Source: an uncultured Planctomycetia bacterium
GTDB taxonomy: Bacteria > Omnitrophota > Gorgyraeia > Duberdicusellales > 4484-171
Length of the DNA stretch: 32,000 nt
Assembly (NCBI GenBank): GCA_964536865.1
Contig: CAZHYN010000002.1
Coordinates: 1-32,000, forward strand
Reading direction: 5' to 3'
The notes beneath the pieces were generated by a model. The model saw nothing but the letters and a program-made list of their open reading frames with translations. It did not search any database and was not told where the DNA came from. The translations under genes were made by a program, and so were the position numbers. Position 1 is the stretch's first letter. Every line of letters starts with the position of its first letter. Positions 13,825 to 23,644 of the stretch are shown here, piece after piece.

Positions 13825-14679
13825 TTAAGCGTTGCCTTCATAGGTTAAGGTATAGGTGTGGGCTAAATAAGAACTTCTCACATAAGGGGAACTTAAAACT
13901 TTCTTAAAACCCATTTTTAAAGCTACTCTTTCCCAGTAAAAAAACTTCTGGATAGGAACATACTCTTTAAGAGTCCAACTATCTCTAGAAGGAGGTAGGT
14001 ATTGACCAATACTTAGAAAGTCACATTTTGCCTCTCTTAGGTCTTTTAAAGTCTTTTCTACCTCCTCATCCTTTTCTCCTAATCCTAACATAATTCCTGA
14101 CTTAGTAAAAATTCTCTTATCAAAATCTTTTATAAATCTTAATACTCTTAGAGAACGAGTATAATCAGCTTTACTTCTTAAATAAGGATAAAGAGAAGCA
14201 ACAGTCTCGATATTATGAGAAACTACATCAGGATATGCTTTTAATACCTCTTCCAGCGAAGATAGATTACCACCAAAGTCAGGAATAAGCACCTCCACTT
14301 TTAAAGAAGGAATGGTCTTTAGCTCCTTCACAGTAAGATAAAAAAGAGTAGCTCCTCCGTCGGGTAGATCATCCCGAGTAGGAGAGGTAATTACCACATA
14401 GCTTAGCTTTAACTTCTCTACGGCTGTCTTTACTAACTCGGGCTCTTTAAAATTAACTTTTTTAGGAATCCCTTTAGTAATAGCACAGAATCTACAGTTA
14501 CGGGTGCAAATGTTTCCTAAAATCATAAACGTTGCTACACCTTTAGAAAAACATTCAGATATATTGGGACAACGAGCCTCTTGGCAAACCGTATAGAGAC
14601 CTAAATCCTTAAATAGGATCTTTAAATTCCTGCATAGGGATAAATTAACTTTTTTATTTAACCAAGGAGGTTTTTTCAT
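13825..14679 (-). CDS. lipA: Lipoyl synthase LipA
   Basis: Auxiliary-cluster motif CQEARCPNISEC and radical-SAM CTRNCRFC. C-terminal end of the family. Confidence 0.93.
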   Translation of the reverse strand: MKKPPWLNKKVNLSLCRNLKILFKDLGLYTVCQEARCPNISECFSKGVATFMILGNICTRNCRFCAITKGIPKKVNFKEPELVKTAVEKLKLSYVVITSPTRDDLPDGGATLFYLTVKELKTIPSLKVEVLIPDFGGNLSSLEEVLKAYPDVVSHNIETVASLYPYLRSKADYTRSLRVLRFIKDFDKRIFTKSGIMLGLGEKDEEVEKTLKDLREAKCDFLSIGQYLPPSRDSWTLKEYVPIQKFFYWERVALKMGFKKVLSSPYVRSSYLAHTYTLTYEGNA

Positions 14680-15466
14680 TCCTATTAAAATTCCAGCTTT
14701 CGCAAGTATACTTAAGGTTAAGGAGAGCCTCTACTTCCTCTTCCTCTTGAGTACTTAGCTTGTCTCGATAAAGAGTTATCTTGAAGGTATTCTTAAATGA
14801 GGAAATTAACTTCTCTCTCAACTCAAAAATATTTAAATGATGGAGAAAATAACTTAATCCTTGTGTCTTTTCCTGGATATCCTGTGGGATATTTTTAAAT
14901 AACCTTTTAATTAAAGGAAAGTTTACCTTTAAAGGGATGCTGCCATGTTGAAAGATAAGGTTTTTTCTTCTCTTCTGGGCATTGCCCCCTATTTTTTTCC
15001 CTTTAATCACTATATCAAAATACTCCCAGGAAGAAAAACAAAAATTATCAAACTTTTTTGTGGGCGAAGATACCTGGTAAGCAAAAGAAGGCTTAAGTCC
15101 TATACTTCGATAAAATTCCACTATAAAGGAAGTAAGAATGGAGTAAGATTGTTTAACAGAAAAAGGAAGAGATAAATCCTCTCTACTTAAAATTAAGCTA
15201 TAGGTTATCTCTTGATGATGAAGAATTGCTCCTCCTCCTGTTAGTCTTCTTACCACAGGAATATTTTCTTCCTCTATCTCTCTTAAATTTAATACCTCCT
15301 CTGCTTTTTGAAAGTAACCCAAGCTAACGGAAGGTTGGGACCAACCATAGATTCTTAAAGTAGGAAGTCTTTTTTGGGAATAGAGATTAAGGAGAGCTTC
15401 ATCGCAAGCCATATTATAGTAACCGGAAAGGTTACCATCTAGAATTACTCGCCAGATTCTTCCCAT
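14654..15466 (-). CDS. Lipoate-protein ligase family protein (LplA/LipM-like octanoyl- or lipoyl-transferase)
   Basis: BPL/LPL catalytic-domain pattern: LRIYGWSQPSVSLGYFQ, RRLTGGGAILH, KIGGNAQKRR. Lies between gcvPB and lipA with overlapping ends. Confidence 0.8.
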   Translation of the reverse strand: MGRIWRVILDGNLSGYYNMACDEALLNLYSQKRLPTLRIYGWSQPSVSLGYFQKAEEVLNLREIEEENIPVVRRLTGGGAILHHQEITYSLILSREDLSLPFSVKQSYSILTSFIVEFYRSIGLKPSFAYQVSSPTKKFDNFCFSSWEYFDIVIKGKKIGGNAQKRRKNLIFQHGSIPLKVNFPLIKRLFKNIPQDIQEKTQGLSYFLHHLNIFELREKLISSFKNTFKITLYRDKLSTQEEEEVEALLNLKYTCESWNFNRNEKTSLVK

Positions 15467-16899
15467 TTTAAAACTGGATTACGAGCAGCAAAAACTTCAT
15501 CTACTCTCTTAGTGAAAGTAGTGTGGGGTGCATCTTTTAAAATAGAAGGTTTGGTCTTAGCTTCCTGATCTATCCTCTTCATAACATCAATAAAATAATC
15601 TAAGGTCTCTTTACTTTCTGTTTCGGTGGGTTCAACCATTAGAGCTTCCTTAACTACAAGAGGAAAATACATAGTAGGGGGATGAATTCCATAATCAAGA
15701 AGTCGCTTGGCAATATCTAAAGCAGTAACTCCATACTCTTCCTTTTTATCTTTACAGGAAAAAACTACCTCATGCATACATCTCTTGGGAGAAGCTAACT
15801 GGTAATTATCCCTTAGTTTCTCTCTGATGTAGTTAGCATTTAGAAGAGAATTATGTGCCACCCTAACTAAACCTTCTTTGCCCAATCGTAAAAGATAAGC
15901 GTAAGTTTTCACCAATACAGGAAAATTTCCGTAGAAAGAACGCACCTTACCAATGGAGTGCTCTAAATCATAATTTAGGTAGTAGTGAGCTTCTCTCTTA
16001 TCTACTAAAGGAACAGGTAAAAAAGGAACAAGGTCTTTTCTTACTCCCACTGCTCCTGCCCCTGGACCCCCACTACCATGAGGTGTAGAAAATGTTTTGT
16101 GGAGGTTAAGATGAACAATATCGAATCCCATAAGGGAAGGCTTTGTTATTCCCAAAAGAGCATTAAAATTTGCTCCATCGTAATAAAGTAGGCCTCCCTG
16201 AGAATGAATAATCTCTCTGATATCTAAAATCTGCTCTTCAAATATACCTAAGGTATTAGGACAGGTAAGCATCATACCAGCGGTGGATGAATCCACCACC
16301 TTCCTCAACTTATCTATATCCACCAACCCCTCTTTCGTACTCTCTACTACCACAACCTGGTAGCCACACATACTTGCAGTGGCGGGATTTGTGCCGTGGG
16401 AAGAGTCAGGAACAACTACTTTAAATCGCTTCTCCCTTTTTAGAGAATGAAAAGCCTTAACTATAAGCATGCCGGTTAACTCTCCATGCGCCCCTGCACT
16501 GGGTTGGAAGCTAAATCGCTCCATTCCTGTAATCTCACATAATAGTTTCTCTAGGTTATAGAGAACTTCTAAGGTTCCCTGGATATCCTCCTCTCTCTGA
16601 TAAGGATGGATGCAAGCAAACTCCTCTAAGTTAGCCAAGTCTTCATTAACCTTAGGGTTATACTTCATTGTACAGGAACCAAGAGGATAAAAATTTGTAT
16701 CTATACAGTAATTCAATCTAGAAAGGTTGGTATAATGTCTTACTACATCAGCCTCTCCTAAAGATGGTAAGTTTAAATCCTCTCTTAATAACCTCTGAGG
16801 TATAAAATGGGAAGGTGGAAAAATAGAAATCTGTGGCTTAGTTACATAGTCAGTAAATCTTCCTTTTTGAGATTTTCGAAAGATGATTTTCTCTTTCAT
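15445..16899 (-). CDS. gcvPB: Glycine dehydrogenase (decarboxylating) subunit 2
   Basis: PLP-lysine context NLHKTFSTPHGSGGPGAG. Length and order follow gcvPA. Confidence 0.93.
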   Translation of the reverse strand: MKEKIIFRKSQKGRFTDYVTKPQISIFPPSHFIPQRLLREDLNLPSLGEADVVRHYTNLSRLNYCIDTNFYPLGSCTMKYNPKVNEDLANLEEFACIHPYQREEDIQGTLEVLYNLEKLLCEITGMERFSFQPSAGAHGELTGMLIVKAFHSLKREKRFKVVVPDSSHGTNPATASMCGYQVVVVESTKEGLVDIDKLRKVVDSSTAGMMLTCPNTLGIFEEQILDIREIIHSQGGLLYYDGANFNALLGITKPSLMGFDIVHLNLHKTFSTPHGSGGPGAGAVGVRKDLVPFLPVPLVDKREAHYYLNYDLEHSIGKVRSFYGNFPVLVKTYAYLLRLGKEGLVRVAHNSLLNANYIREKLRDNYQLASPKRCMHEVVFSCKDKKEEYGVTALDIAKRLLDYGIHPPTMYFPLVVKEALMVEPTETESKETLDYFIDVMKRIDQEAKTKPSILKDAPHTTFTKRVDEVFAARNPVLKWEESGE

Positions 16900-18239
16900 C
16901 TAACTACTTCCTTTAAACATATTACAAAATCATCTATCTCCTCCTTGGTTTTTATCTCAGTACAAGAAGTTAAGATACAATCTTTAAGTTGGGGATAAAA
17001 TTTCTCTAACATTAATCCGGGAATAATACTCTTACTGTAAAGAGCCTCCCATACTTGGTAAGAATTATTTACCTGCCAAACAAACTCATTAAAGAACGGA
17101 GAAGGAAAAACTAATTTGATCTCTCTTATATCCTCTAAACAGCGATAAAGGTAATAAGCTAAATTTAAGGAGTATAAAGCAACTTTCTTTAACCCTTCCT
17201 TTCCTAATAAAGAAAGGTAAATTGCTCCTGCTATGGCATTTAAAGAGTGATTAGAACAGATATTACTGGTAGCCTTCTCTCTCCGGATATGCTGCTCTCT
17301 TGTTTGAAGAGTAAGACAGAAACTCTCTTTCCCCTCTCGATCCACAGTTTTTCCTACAATTCTGCCAGGAAGGTGTCTTAAGTAATCTCTTTTAGTAGCA
17401 AGCCAGCCAAAGGTTTCTCCTCCCCAGGCACAAGCTCTTCCTAAAACTTGACCTTCTCCACAGACAATATCTACCCCTAACTTAGCAGGTTCTTTAAGAA
17501 TAGCTAAAGATACAGGATTGGTCACTAAAATAACCAAAATCCCTTTCTTTTTTACTATCTCATTTATAGTTTCTAAATCTTCAATTAATCCAAAAAAGTT
17601 AGGACTCTGGATACATACACAAGCTACTCTATCATCTATTTTCTCTTTAAGAGTATCCAAATCTAAAAACCCATCACGGTTAAACTTAATCTCTTCTACT
17701 AAGAAATCAGAACCTTTAAGATAGGTGTACAGAACAGCTCGATACTCAGGATGGATACTTTCACAAATTAAAACTTTACTCCTTCTCTTAATGCGTAAAC
17801 TCATAAGTACTGCTTCCGCTAAACTAGTAGCTCCATCATAGAGAGAAGCATTGCTGACCTCCATTCCTGTTAAAAGACAGATATAAGTCTGGTATTCAAA
17901 AATAGCTTGTAAACTCCCTTGAGAAGCCTCTGCCTGATAGGGAGTATAAGCAGTGTAAAACTCTGCTCTCCCTATAAGGTGATTTAAGGGAGAAGGAATA
18001 TAGTGAGGGTAAATTCCTCCCCCCAAGAAAGAATTAAACTTACTGAGAGGCTTATTCTTTTTAGCCAGTCTTTTAACTACCCGAATTAACTCCTCCTCAC
18101 TTAACCCCGAAGGCAAAGAAAGTTCTCCTCTAATCCTTAATGAGGGAGGAAGATGAGAAAAAAGTTCCTCTAAGGAGCCTAAACCCACAACTTCTAACAT
18201 TTCTTTAATTTGGGAAGGAGTATTGAGAATATAAGGCAT
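16896..18239 (-). CDS. gcvPA: Glycine dehydrogenase (decarboxylating) subunit 1
   Basis: FLGGGIYPHYIP, YTPYQAEASQGSLQAIFEYQT and the typical GcvPA length. 4-nt overlap with gcvPB. Confidence 0.93.
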   Translation of the reverse strand: MPYILNTPSQIKEMLEVVGLGSLEELFSHLPPSLRIRGELSLPSGLSEEELIRVVKRLAKKNKPLSKFNSFLGGGIYPHYIPSPLNHLIGRAEFYTAYTPYQAEASQGSLQAIFEYQTYICLLTGMEVSNASLYDGATSLAEAVLMSLRIKRRSKVLICESIHPEYRAVLYTYLKGSDFLVEEIKFNRDGFLDLDTLKEKIDDRVACVCIQSPNFFGLIEDLETINEIVKKKGILVILVTNPVSLAILKEPAKLGVDIVCGEGQVLGRACAWGGETFGWLATKRDYLRHLPGRIVGKTVDREGKESFCLTLQTREQHIRREKATSNICSNHSLNAIAGAIYLSLLGKEGLKKVALYSLNLAYYLYRCLEDIREIKLVFPSPFFNEFVWQVNNSYQVWEALYSKSIIPGLMLEKFYPQLKDCILTSCTEIKTKEEIDDFVICLKEVVR

Positions 18240-18241
18240 AC

Positions 18242-18622
18242 TTAAGATTCTTTTTCTATTAGACTCTTATAAGCAGTCTCCTCTAAAAGGTTAACTATCT
18301 CATCTCTGTTATCTACTTTTATCTTTATCATCCATCCTTTGCCGTAGGGATCTTGATTTACCCATTCGGGGTGATTAACTAAGTCATTATTAACTTCAAT
18401 TACCTCTCCACTTAGAGGAGAGTATAAATCACTAGCTGCTTTGGTAGATTCTATTGTGCCAAAGTGTGAAAACTGAGTAAGTTTTTCTCCTACCGAAGGC
18501 AATTCTACAAATACTATATCCCCCAACTCCTTTTGTGCATAATCAGTGATTCCTATAAGAGCACTATCATCTTCCAACCTTACCCACTCATGAGTTTTAG
18601 AAAAAAACCTATCCGCCATCAC
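18242..18622 (-). CDS. gcvH: Glycine cleavage system H protein
   Basis: 126 aa with lipoyl-lysine motif IESTKAASDLYSPLSGEV. Confidence 0.93.
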   Translation of the reverse strand: MMADRFFSKTHEWVRLEDDSALIGITDYAQKELGDIVFVELPSVGEKLTQFSHFGTIESTKAASDLYSPLSGEVIEVNNDLVNHPEWVNQDPYGKGWMIKIKVDNRDEIVNLLEETAYKSLIEKES

Positions 18623-18630
18623 TACCTCCC

Positions 18631-19719
18631 CTATCGGTAATACTTATGCTTAATGAATGGTAAATCTTTTACCTTCCCTTGATAAAATTTATCCCTTACC
18701 TTTACCTTTATAGGTGTGCCACTACAGGCAAATTCTGTCTTTACATACCCAATTCCTATGAAAGCGTCTAAGTTAGGAGAGTAAGCTCCGCTGGTTACTT
18801 CTCCAATCCTCTCTTGGGAATAATTAAAGATAGGATACCCTTTACGAGGGAATCCTCTTTCCTGCATAATAAATCCTACCCTCTTTCTCTCTATCCCCTT
18901 CTCCAAAGCTTTTACCAGACTCTTTTTACCCACAAAATCCTTACTCTTTAACTTTACTACCCAATCTAGAGAAGCTTGGAAAGGATTGGTAGACTCACTT
19001 ATATCATTCCCATAAAGAGGATAACCTGCCTCTATCCGTAAAACATCTCTTGAACCCAAACCCGCTAAAGTAAGACCAAACTCTTTCCCCTTCTCCACAA
19101 TTAAATCCCAGAAGTGAATAGCTCTCTCCTTAGGAAGGCACACTTCAAACCCATCTTCTCCCGTATACCCACTTCGAGAAATAATTAAATCAACTCCATC
19201 TATTCTCCTGGTCAAAAAATGCATATACTTAAGCTCACTTAGAGAATCACCAATTACTTTCTGCATCACTTTCCAAGACAAAGGTCCCTGTAAGGAAAGG
19301 AAGGCAGTATCAAAAGTCTCATCCTTGATTACTACCTCTTGACTATTACTTTTAAGCCAGGCAAAGTCCTTCTCTCGATTAGAAGCATTAACTACACATA
19401 AAAACTTATCCCCTAAGTTGTAAATTATAAAATCATCAATTATTGTACCCTCAGGTGTAGTAAAAAGATTATACTGAAGAGAAAATGCTTTTAGCTTAGA
19501 AATATCATTAGTGGTAAGTTTCTGAAGAAAATTTTCTCTTCCCTCTCCTTCAATAATAAATCTGCCCATATGAGATGTGTCAAATAACACACAGTTGGTA
19601 CGAGCGCATCTTGCCTCTTTAAGAATACTTTCATACTCTAAAGGGAGTGCCCAACCACTAAAGTTAACGATTTTAGAACTCTTCTCCCGATGCCTATGAT
19701 AAATGGGAGTTCTCAGCAT
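18631..19719 (-). CDS. gcvT: Aminomethyltransferase GcvT
   Basis: MLRTPIYHRH...FSGWALPLEY, LFDTSHMGRF, SRSGYTGEDGFE. I prefer ATG 19719 to the track's TTG at 19752. Confidence 0.9.
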   Translation of the reverse strand: MLRTPIYHRHREKSSKIVNFSGWALPLEYESILKEARCARTNCVLFDTSHMGRFIIEGEGRENFLQKLTTNDISKLKAFSLQYNLFTTPEGTIIDDFIIYNLGDKFLCVVNASNREKDFAWLKSNSQEVVIKDETFDTAFLSLQGPLSWKVMQKVIGDSLSELKYMHFLTRRIDGVDLIISRSGYTGEDGFEVCLPKERAIHFWDLIVEKGKEFGLTLAGLGSRDVLRIEAGYPLYGNDISESTNPFQASLDWVVKLKSKDFVGKKSLVKALEKGIERKRVGFIMQERGFPRKGYPIFNYSQERIGEVTSGAYSPNLDAFIGIGYVKTEFACSGTPIKVKVRDKFYQGKVKDLPFIKHKYYR

Positions 19720-19748
19720 AGACGATATTGTCTTCCCAATTAAAAAGA

Positions 19749-20852
19749 TCAAAGGCCTTTCTTAACTGTCTGAGCAGTAAGATTATCTATCTCTTTCTTC
19801 AAAACCTGAGGTAAAGAGAGAATCTCTGTATCCATAAATCCACGAACGATTATCCCAGTAGCCTCTTCTCTAGATAATCCTCTGGAAGCTAGATATTCAA
19901 TCTCATCCTTACTAATTTTACCAATAGCTGCTTCGTGAGACATATCTACATCTTGATAATTTGTCTCTAACTCAGGAATAGCATGGATTACTCCTTGAGG
20001 GGAAAGAAAAAGTCCTCGACATTCTAAATGAGCCTTGACTTGAGGGCTCTCTGCTTTAAGATGCCCCCGGGCAACAATCTCTCCTCCTGTACTTACCCCT
20101 CGAGAAACAACCTCTGCAGAAGTTTGAGGAGCTCTAAAGATAACTCTTGAGCCTATATCTTGAAAGGAACCTCTACTAGCCAAAAGGAGAGAGGTAAATC
20201 TGGCTTTGGAATTGTTTCCTAAAAGGACAGCGGTGGGATACATACTAACTTTACGCACAGGACGTAAGCATATATAGTTAGATAAAAAAGTAGCCCCCTC
20301 TTCTAAGATAGCAATGCTTTTGGGCTCTACTACGGTATCCTCTCTCCAAGAGTGAATCATAGTGAAGTTAAGATAAGCTCCTTTTTTAGCAAAAAATTCA
20401 GAAATTCCTAGATGAGTAGAATCTTGGGAAGCATAGGAAGCAGTACAACCTGTAATAATGTAGACTTTAGCTCCTTCTTCTGCAATAATTAGATTATGAA
20501 CTCTCTGAAAAAACTTTCTTTTCTTCAAAAAAAGACAAGCTTGAATAGGAAAGTAAGTATGAATCCCTTTTTTAACCCAGATAAAGTACCCTCCTTTAGT
20601 ATCTTTAAAAAAGTCCTCTTCTAGAATTTGAAAGGCTTTACCATAAAACTCCTTACTCCAAGGATACTTTTCTAGCGCTTCCTCAATGGGGAGTATCTCT
20701 ACACCAGGATTTAATGTTTTGGATATCAAAATTTCATCATCACTTTGGAGGAAAGAAACCAGACATTCCTTCTCACCAACATCTAATCCTGCGTTAGCTA
20801 AGCATTGAATCTCTTTCTCATTTAACTTTTTATCTAAACCTTTCATAGACAC
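19749..20852 (-). CDS. SufB/SufD-family Fe-S cluster scaffold protein (short, single copy)
   Basis: 367 aa. The C-terminal beta-helix and dimerisation region, HLECRGL...DMSHEAAIGKISKDEIEYLASRGLSREEATGIIVRGF, is typical of SufB/SufD. Overlaps the sufC stop. Confidence 0.8.
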   Translation of the reverse strand: MSMKGLDKKLNEKEIQCLANAGLDVGEKECLVSFLQSDDEILISKTLNPGVEILPIEEALEKYPWSKEFYGKAFQILEEDFFKDTKGGYFIWVKKGIHTYFPIQACLFLKKRKFFQRVHNLIIAEEGAKVYIITGCTASYASQDSTHLGISEFFAKKGAYLNFTMIHSWREDTVVEPKSIAILEEGATFLSNYICLRPVRKVSMYPTAVLLGNNSKARFTSLLLASRGSFQDIGSRVIFRAPQTSAEVVSRGVSTGGEIVARGHLKAESPQVKAHLECRGLFLSPQGVIHAIPELETNYQDVDMSHEAAIGKISKDEIEYLASRGLSREEATGIIVRGFMDTEILSLPQVLKKEIDNLTAQTVKKGL

Positions 20853-21559
20853 TTTCTACATCTTTCGTAACCGAACTTTCTTATAGTTTCAAAAATTTCT
20901 TGGGGGTGACCTATACAGTGAATAGCTCCATCTATCATTACACATCCTGTAGTAGCTTGGATATAATCAAGGATGTAGCCAGTATGGGTAATAATCAAAG
21001 AAGCAGGTTTCTGCTCCTTAAGGAAAAAATCCAAAATCCCTCCCATAAGAGAAATATTTTCTAAATCCACACCTGACTCTGGCTCGTCAAGAAGAAGAAG
21101 TTTAGGCTGTTGAAGAATTACCTGAAATAATTCAGAACGTTTCATTTCTCCCCCAGAAAAATCGAAGTTAAGCTCACGGTGGAACATCTTATCTAAATTA
21201 AGTTGGCATGCTAAACTCTTTATCTTCTCCTCTTGGGAACTCAAAAAATTAGCAATCTGCTCTAACCTCACCCCCCTTACCTTTGGAGGATGTTGAAACA
21301 TAATTCCTATTCCTAATCTAGCTCTCTCATGAATAGGTAAACTCTTAATACTCTTCCCCTCAAAGAAAATATCTCCCTTCACAATCTCATATCCACTTAT
21401 CCCCATAATTGTCTTAATAAGAGTGGACTTCCCACTTCCGTTAGGTCCAAAAAGAATGAGTGTAGAATTCTTCTCCACATCCAAGTCTATATCCTTTAAG
21501 ATCACCTTCTGGTTAGCTTGGACAGTTAGATTTTTTATTTGGAGAATATATTCAGGCAT
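20843..21559 (-). CDS. sufC: Fe-S cluster assembly ATPase SufC
   Basis: Walker A GPNGSGKST, signature FSGGEMKR, Walker B LLLLDEPESGVD, H-loop IITH. Confidence 0.88.
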   Translation of the reverse strand: MPEYILQIKNLTVQANQKVILKDIDLDVEKNSTLILFGPNGSGKSTLIKTIMGISGYEIVKGDIFFEGKSIKSLPIHERARLGIGIMFQHPPKVRGVRLEQIANFLSSQEEKIKSLACQLNLDKMFHRELNFDFSGGEMKRSELFQVILQQPKLLLLDEPESGVDLENISLMGGILDFFLKEQKPASLIITHTGYILDYIQATTGCVMIDGAIHCIGHPQEIFETIRKFGYERCRKCL

Positions 21560-21658
21560 TTTTAGCTATTTTGCAGGAAAACTTATATTAACATAAATTA
21601 GTAAAAAATAAAGAAAAAAATTAAAAATAATTTATTCTTTGGTAAAATATTCATAGAA

Positions 21659-22120
21659 ATGAAAAAATTAAAAACTCTAGTAAATCTTCTTAAAAAGAGA
21701 AAGAAAACTATAGCTGTGGCAGAATCAATGAGTGGAGGTTACCTTTCTTATCTCCTCACTAAAATTCCTGGGAGCTCAAATTTTTTTAGATTAGGAGTGG
21801 TAGCTTATTCTCTACAGGCAAAACACAAATTATTTAATATCCCTTATACCATCCTGAATCCCACACAGGGCGTCTCAGAAAAAATAGCTAAAATTTTGGC
21901 TAAAAAAATAAAAGGTATACTTGGTACAGACTTAGGGGCTTCTATCGTTGGTTTTGCTGGACCCAAAGCAAAGAAAGGAATGCGAGGAGTAGTGTACTTA
22001 AGTTTAGCTAAACATAGAAAAATAGTAACTAAAAGAGAAAGAATTTCTGGATCACGAGAAGAAGTTAGAAAAAAAGCTAGCTATGCCCTAATAGAATTTA
22101 TTCTAAATAATTTAGAATGA
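21659..22120 (+). CDS. pncC: CinA C-terminal domain protein / nicotinamide-nucleotide amidase PncC
   Basis: TIAVAESMSGGYLS, GVVAYS, VGFAGP. 153 aa, stand-alone CinA-C domain. Confidence 0.85.
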   Translation: MKKLKTLVNLLKKRKKTIAVAESMSGGYLSYLLTKIPGSSNFFRLGVVAYSLQAKHKLFNIPYTILNPTQGVSEKIAKILAKKIKGILGTDLGASIVGFAGPKAKKGMRGVVYLSLAKHRKIVTKRERISGSREEVRKKASYALIEFILNNLE

Positions 22121-22665
22121 GGACTTTCATCGCCTTTCCCTTACCTTTGGAAATAAAAGAGAGAATAGCAGAGATCCAAGATAAGTTAAAAGACTGTCAC
22201 TTAGATGTAAAATGGGTAAAACCAATTAACCTTCATATAACTCTTAAGTTTCTAGGAGAAATACAAAAAACAGTGGTTAGTAAGGTTAAAGGAATTTTAG
22301 AAAATATAGGAACTAACTTCTCTTCTATTAACGTAAAACTGAAAGAGTTTGGCTTCTTCCCCAATGAAAAAAGACCTCGTGTATTTTTTATCTCTACGAA
22401 CCAAGAGGATTATTTGAGAAGTATCTCTTTAACTTTAGAAGAGAAATTAGAAGAAATTAGCTTTAAAAAAGAAGAAAGATTTAAATCTCACATTACTATA
22501 GCTCGTTTTAGAAGCAAAAAGAACCTGGATTGTTTATTTAGACAAATCAAAAATATAAAAATAGAGGGAAAATTCTTTATTAAAGAAATTGTCTTTTTTA
22601 GGAGTATCTTAACATCCCAAGGACCAATCTATGAAGAAATCTTTAAAATAAACTTAAAGACGTGA
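22117..22665 (+). CDS. thpR: RNA 2',3'-cyclic phosphodiesterase ThpR (2H/LigT family)
   Basis: Two H-x-T-x motifs (HITLKFLG and HITIARF). The size and the cinA-thpR pairing are typical. Confidence 0.85.
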   Translation: MRTFIAFPLPLEIKERIAEIQDKLKDCHLDVKWVKPINLHITLKFLGEIQKTVVSKVKGILENIGTNFSSINVKLKEFGFFPNEKRPRVFFISTNQEDYLRSISLTLEEKLEEISFKKEERFKSHITIARFRSKKNLDCLFRQIKNIKIEGKFFIKEIVFFRSILTSQGPIYEEIFKINLKT

Positions 22666-23111
22666 AGGATAATATTTGTATATATCCCTGCGCACAAATC
22701 ATCTCCTACGATGCCATAACCCCCTTCTAATCTTTCTAAATTATTTGCAGGATAGAGCTTTAAAAAATCAAATAATCTAAAAAGTAAAAAAGCTAAAAAG
22801 ATGAATGGTCCCTTTTTAGGTAAAAAGAGCAAACTTATGAGCATCCCTGAAAAATCATCAATTACGATTTCTTTAGCATCTTTCTCTTCAAAAATTCTTT
22901 CTCCCCAACTAGAGAGAGGAAAACTTATAAAAACAACTATAAGCGTAAAGAAAAAAAATGAAAGACTACTTTTAAAAAGGAGAGAAACAAAAACTGCTAC
23001 CAAAGAAGCAAATGTGCCTCCTAGAATAGGAAGATAACCTATTCCAAATAGAGTAGAAAGAAGTATCACCGTAGCTCTTAAAAAGTTTTTATAAGTCTTC
23101 TGTTTGCCCAT
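22629..23111 (-). CDS. pgpA: Phosphatidylglycerophosphatase A
   Basis: GIGYLPILGGTFASLVAV, DDFSGM, GIVGDD. Start moved to ATG 23111 (MGKQK). Still overlaps the pgsA end. Confidence 0.8.
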   Translation of the reverse strand: MGKQKTYKNFLRATVILLSTLFGIGYLPILGGTFASLVAVFVSLLFKSSLSFFFFTLIVVFISFPLSSWGERIFEEKDAKEIVIDDFSGMLISLLFLPKKGPFIFLAFLLFRLFDFLKLYPANNLERLEGGYGIVGDDLCAGIYTNIILHVFKFILKISS

Positions 23112-23644
23112 AGGTAGTACACCCCAGAAAAAAGAGTAACTCCTACAATATACCACATAAGAAGAGGAATAAATTGGCGAGAAAGTATTCTAACTATGTA
23201 ATTTTGAGAGTAAGCTTTCTCTAAAATAAGAATTAGATAAATAATTACTATTCCCAAAATTTGAGAAAATGTTTTATTTTTACCAAACCTTTTTGCTTCT
23301 AACACCACTCCTCTGTTTAATCCTAAAAATCTAATCCCTGTAACAACAAACTCTCTTAGCATAATCACTACTACCATCCAGGCATTAATTACTCCTAACT
23401 CTAAGAAGGTAAGAAATACACCTATAACAAGGATTTTATCAGCGACAGGGTCAAGAAGCTTACCTAAATCAGAAATTAGATTTTTTCTGCGTGCTATAAA
23501 ACCATCAAGATAATCGGTAAGAGAAGCTACTACAAATGTAAAAAAAGCTATAATTAAAGAAATAAAGGTATCTTTTAAAGTTAAACCTATGCAGAGGAAA
23601 GAAAGAATAATTCTTGAAAAGGTAAGCTGGTTGGCTAAATTCAT
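23078..23644 (-). CDS. pgsA: CDP-diacylglycerol--glycerol-3-phosphate 3-phosphatidyltransferase
   Basis: CDP-alcohol phosphotransferase motif DYLDGFIARR...GKLLDPVADK. Confidence 0.9.
   Translation of the reverse strand: MNLANQLTFSRIILSFLCIGLTLKDTFISLIIAFFTFVVASLTDYLDGFIARRKNLISDLGKLLDPVADKILVIGVFLTFLELGVINAWMVVVIMLREFVVTGIRFLGLNRGVVLEAKRFGKNKTFSQILGIVIIYLILILEKAYSQNYIVRILSRQFIPLLMWYIVGVTLFSGVYYLWANRRLIKTF

Noticed and set aside
18631-19752. Glycine riboswitch upstream of gcvT
   Set aside because: There is no intergenic space, because gcvT follows the SufB/D-like gene within at most 29 nt.
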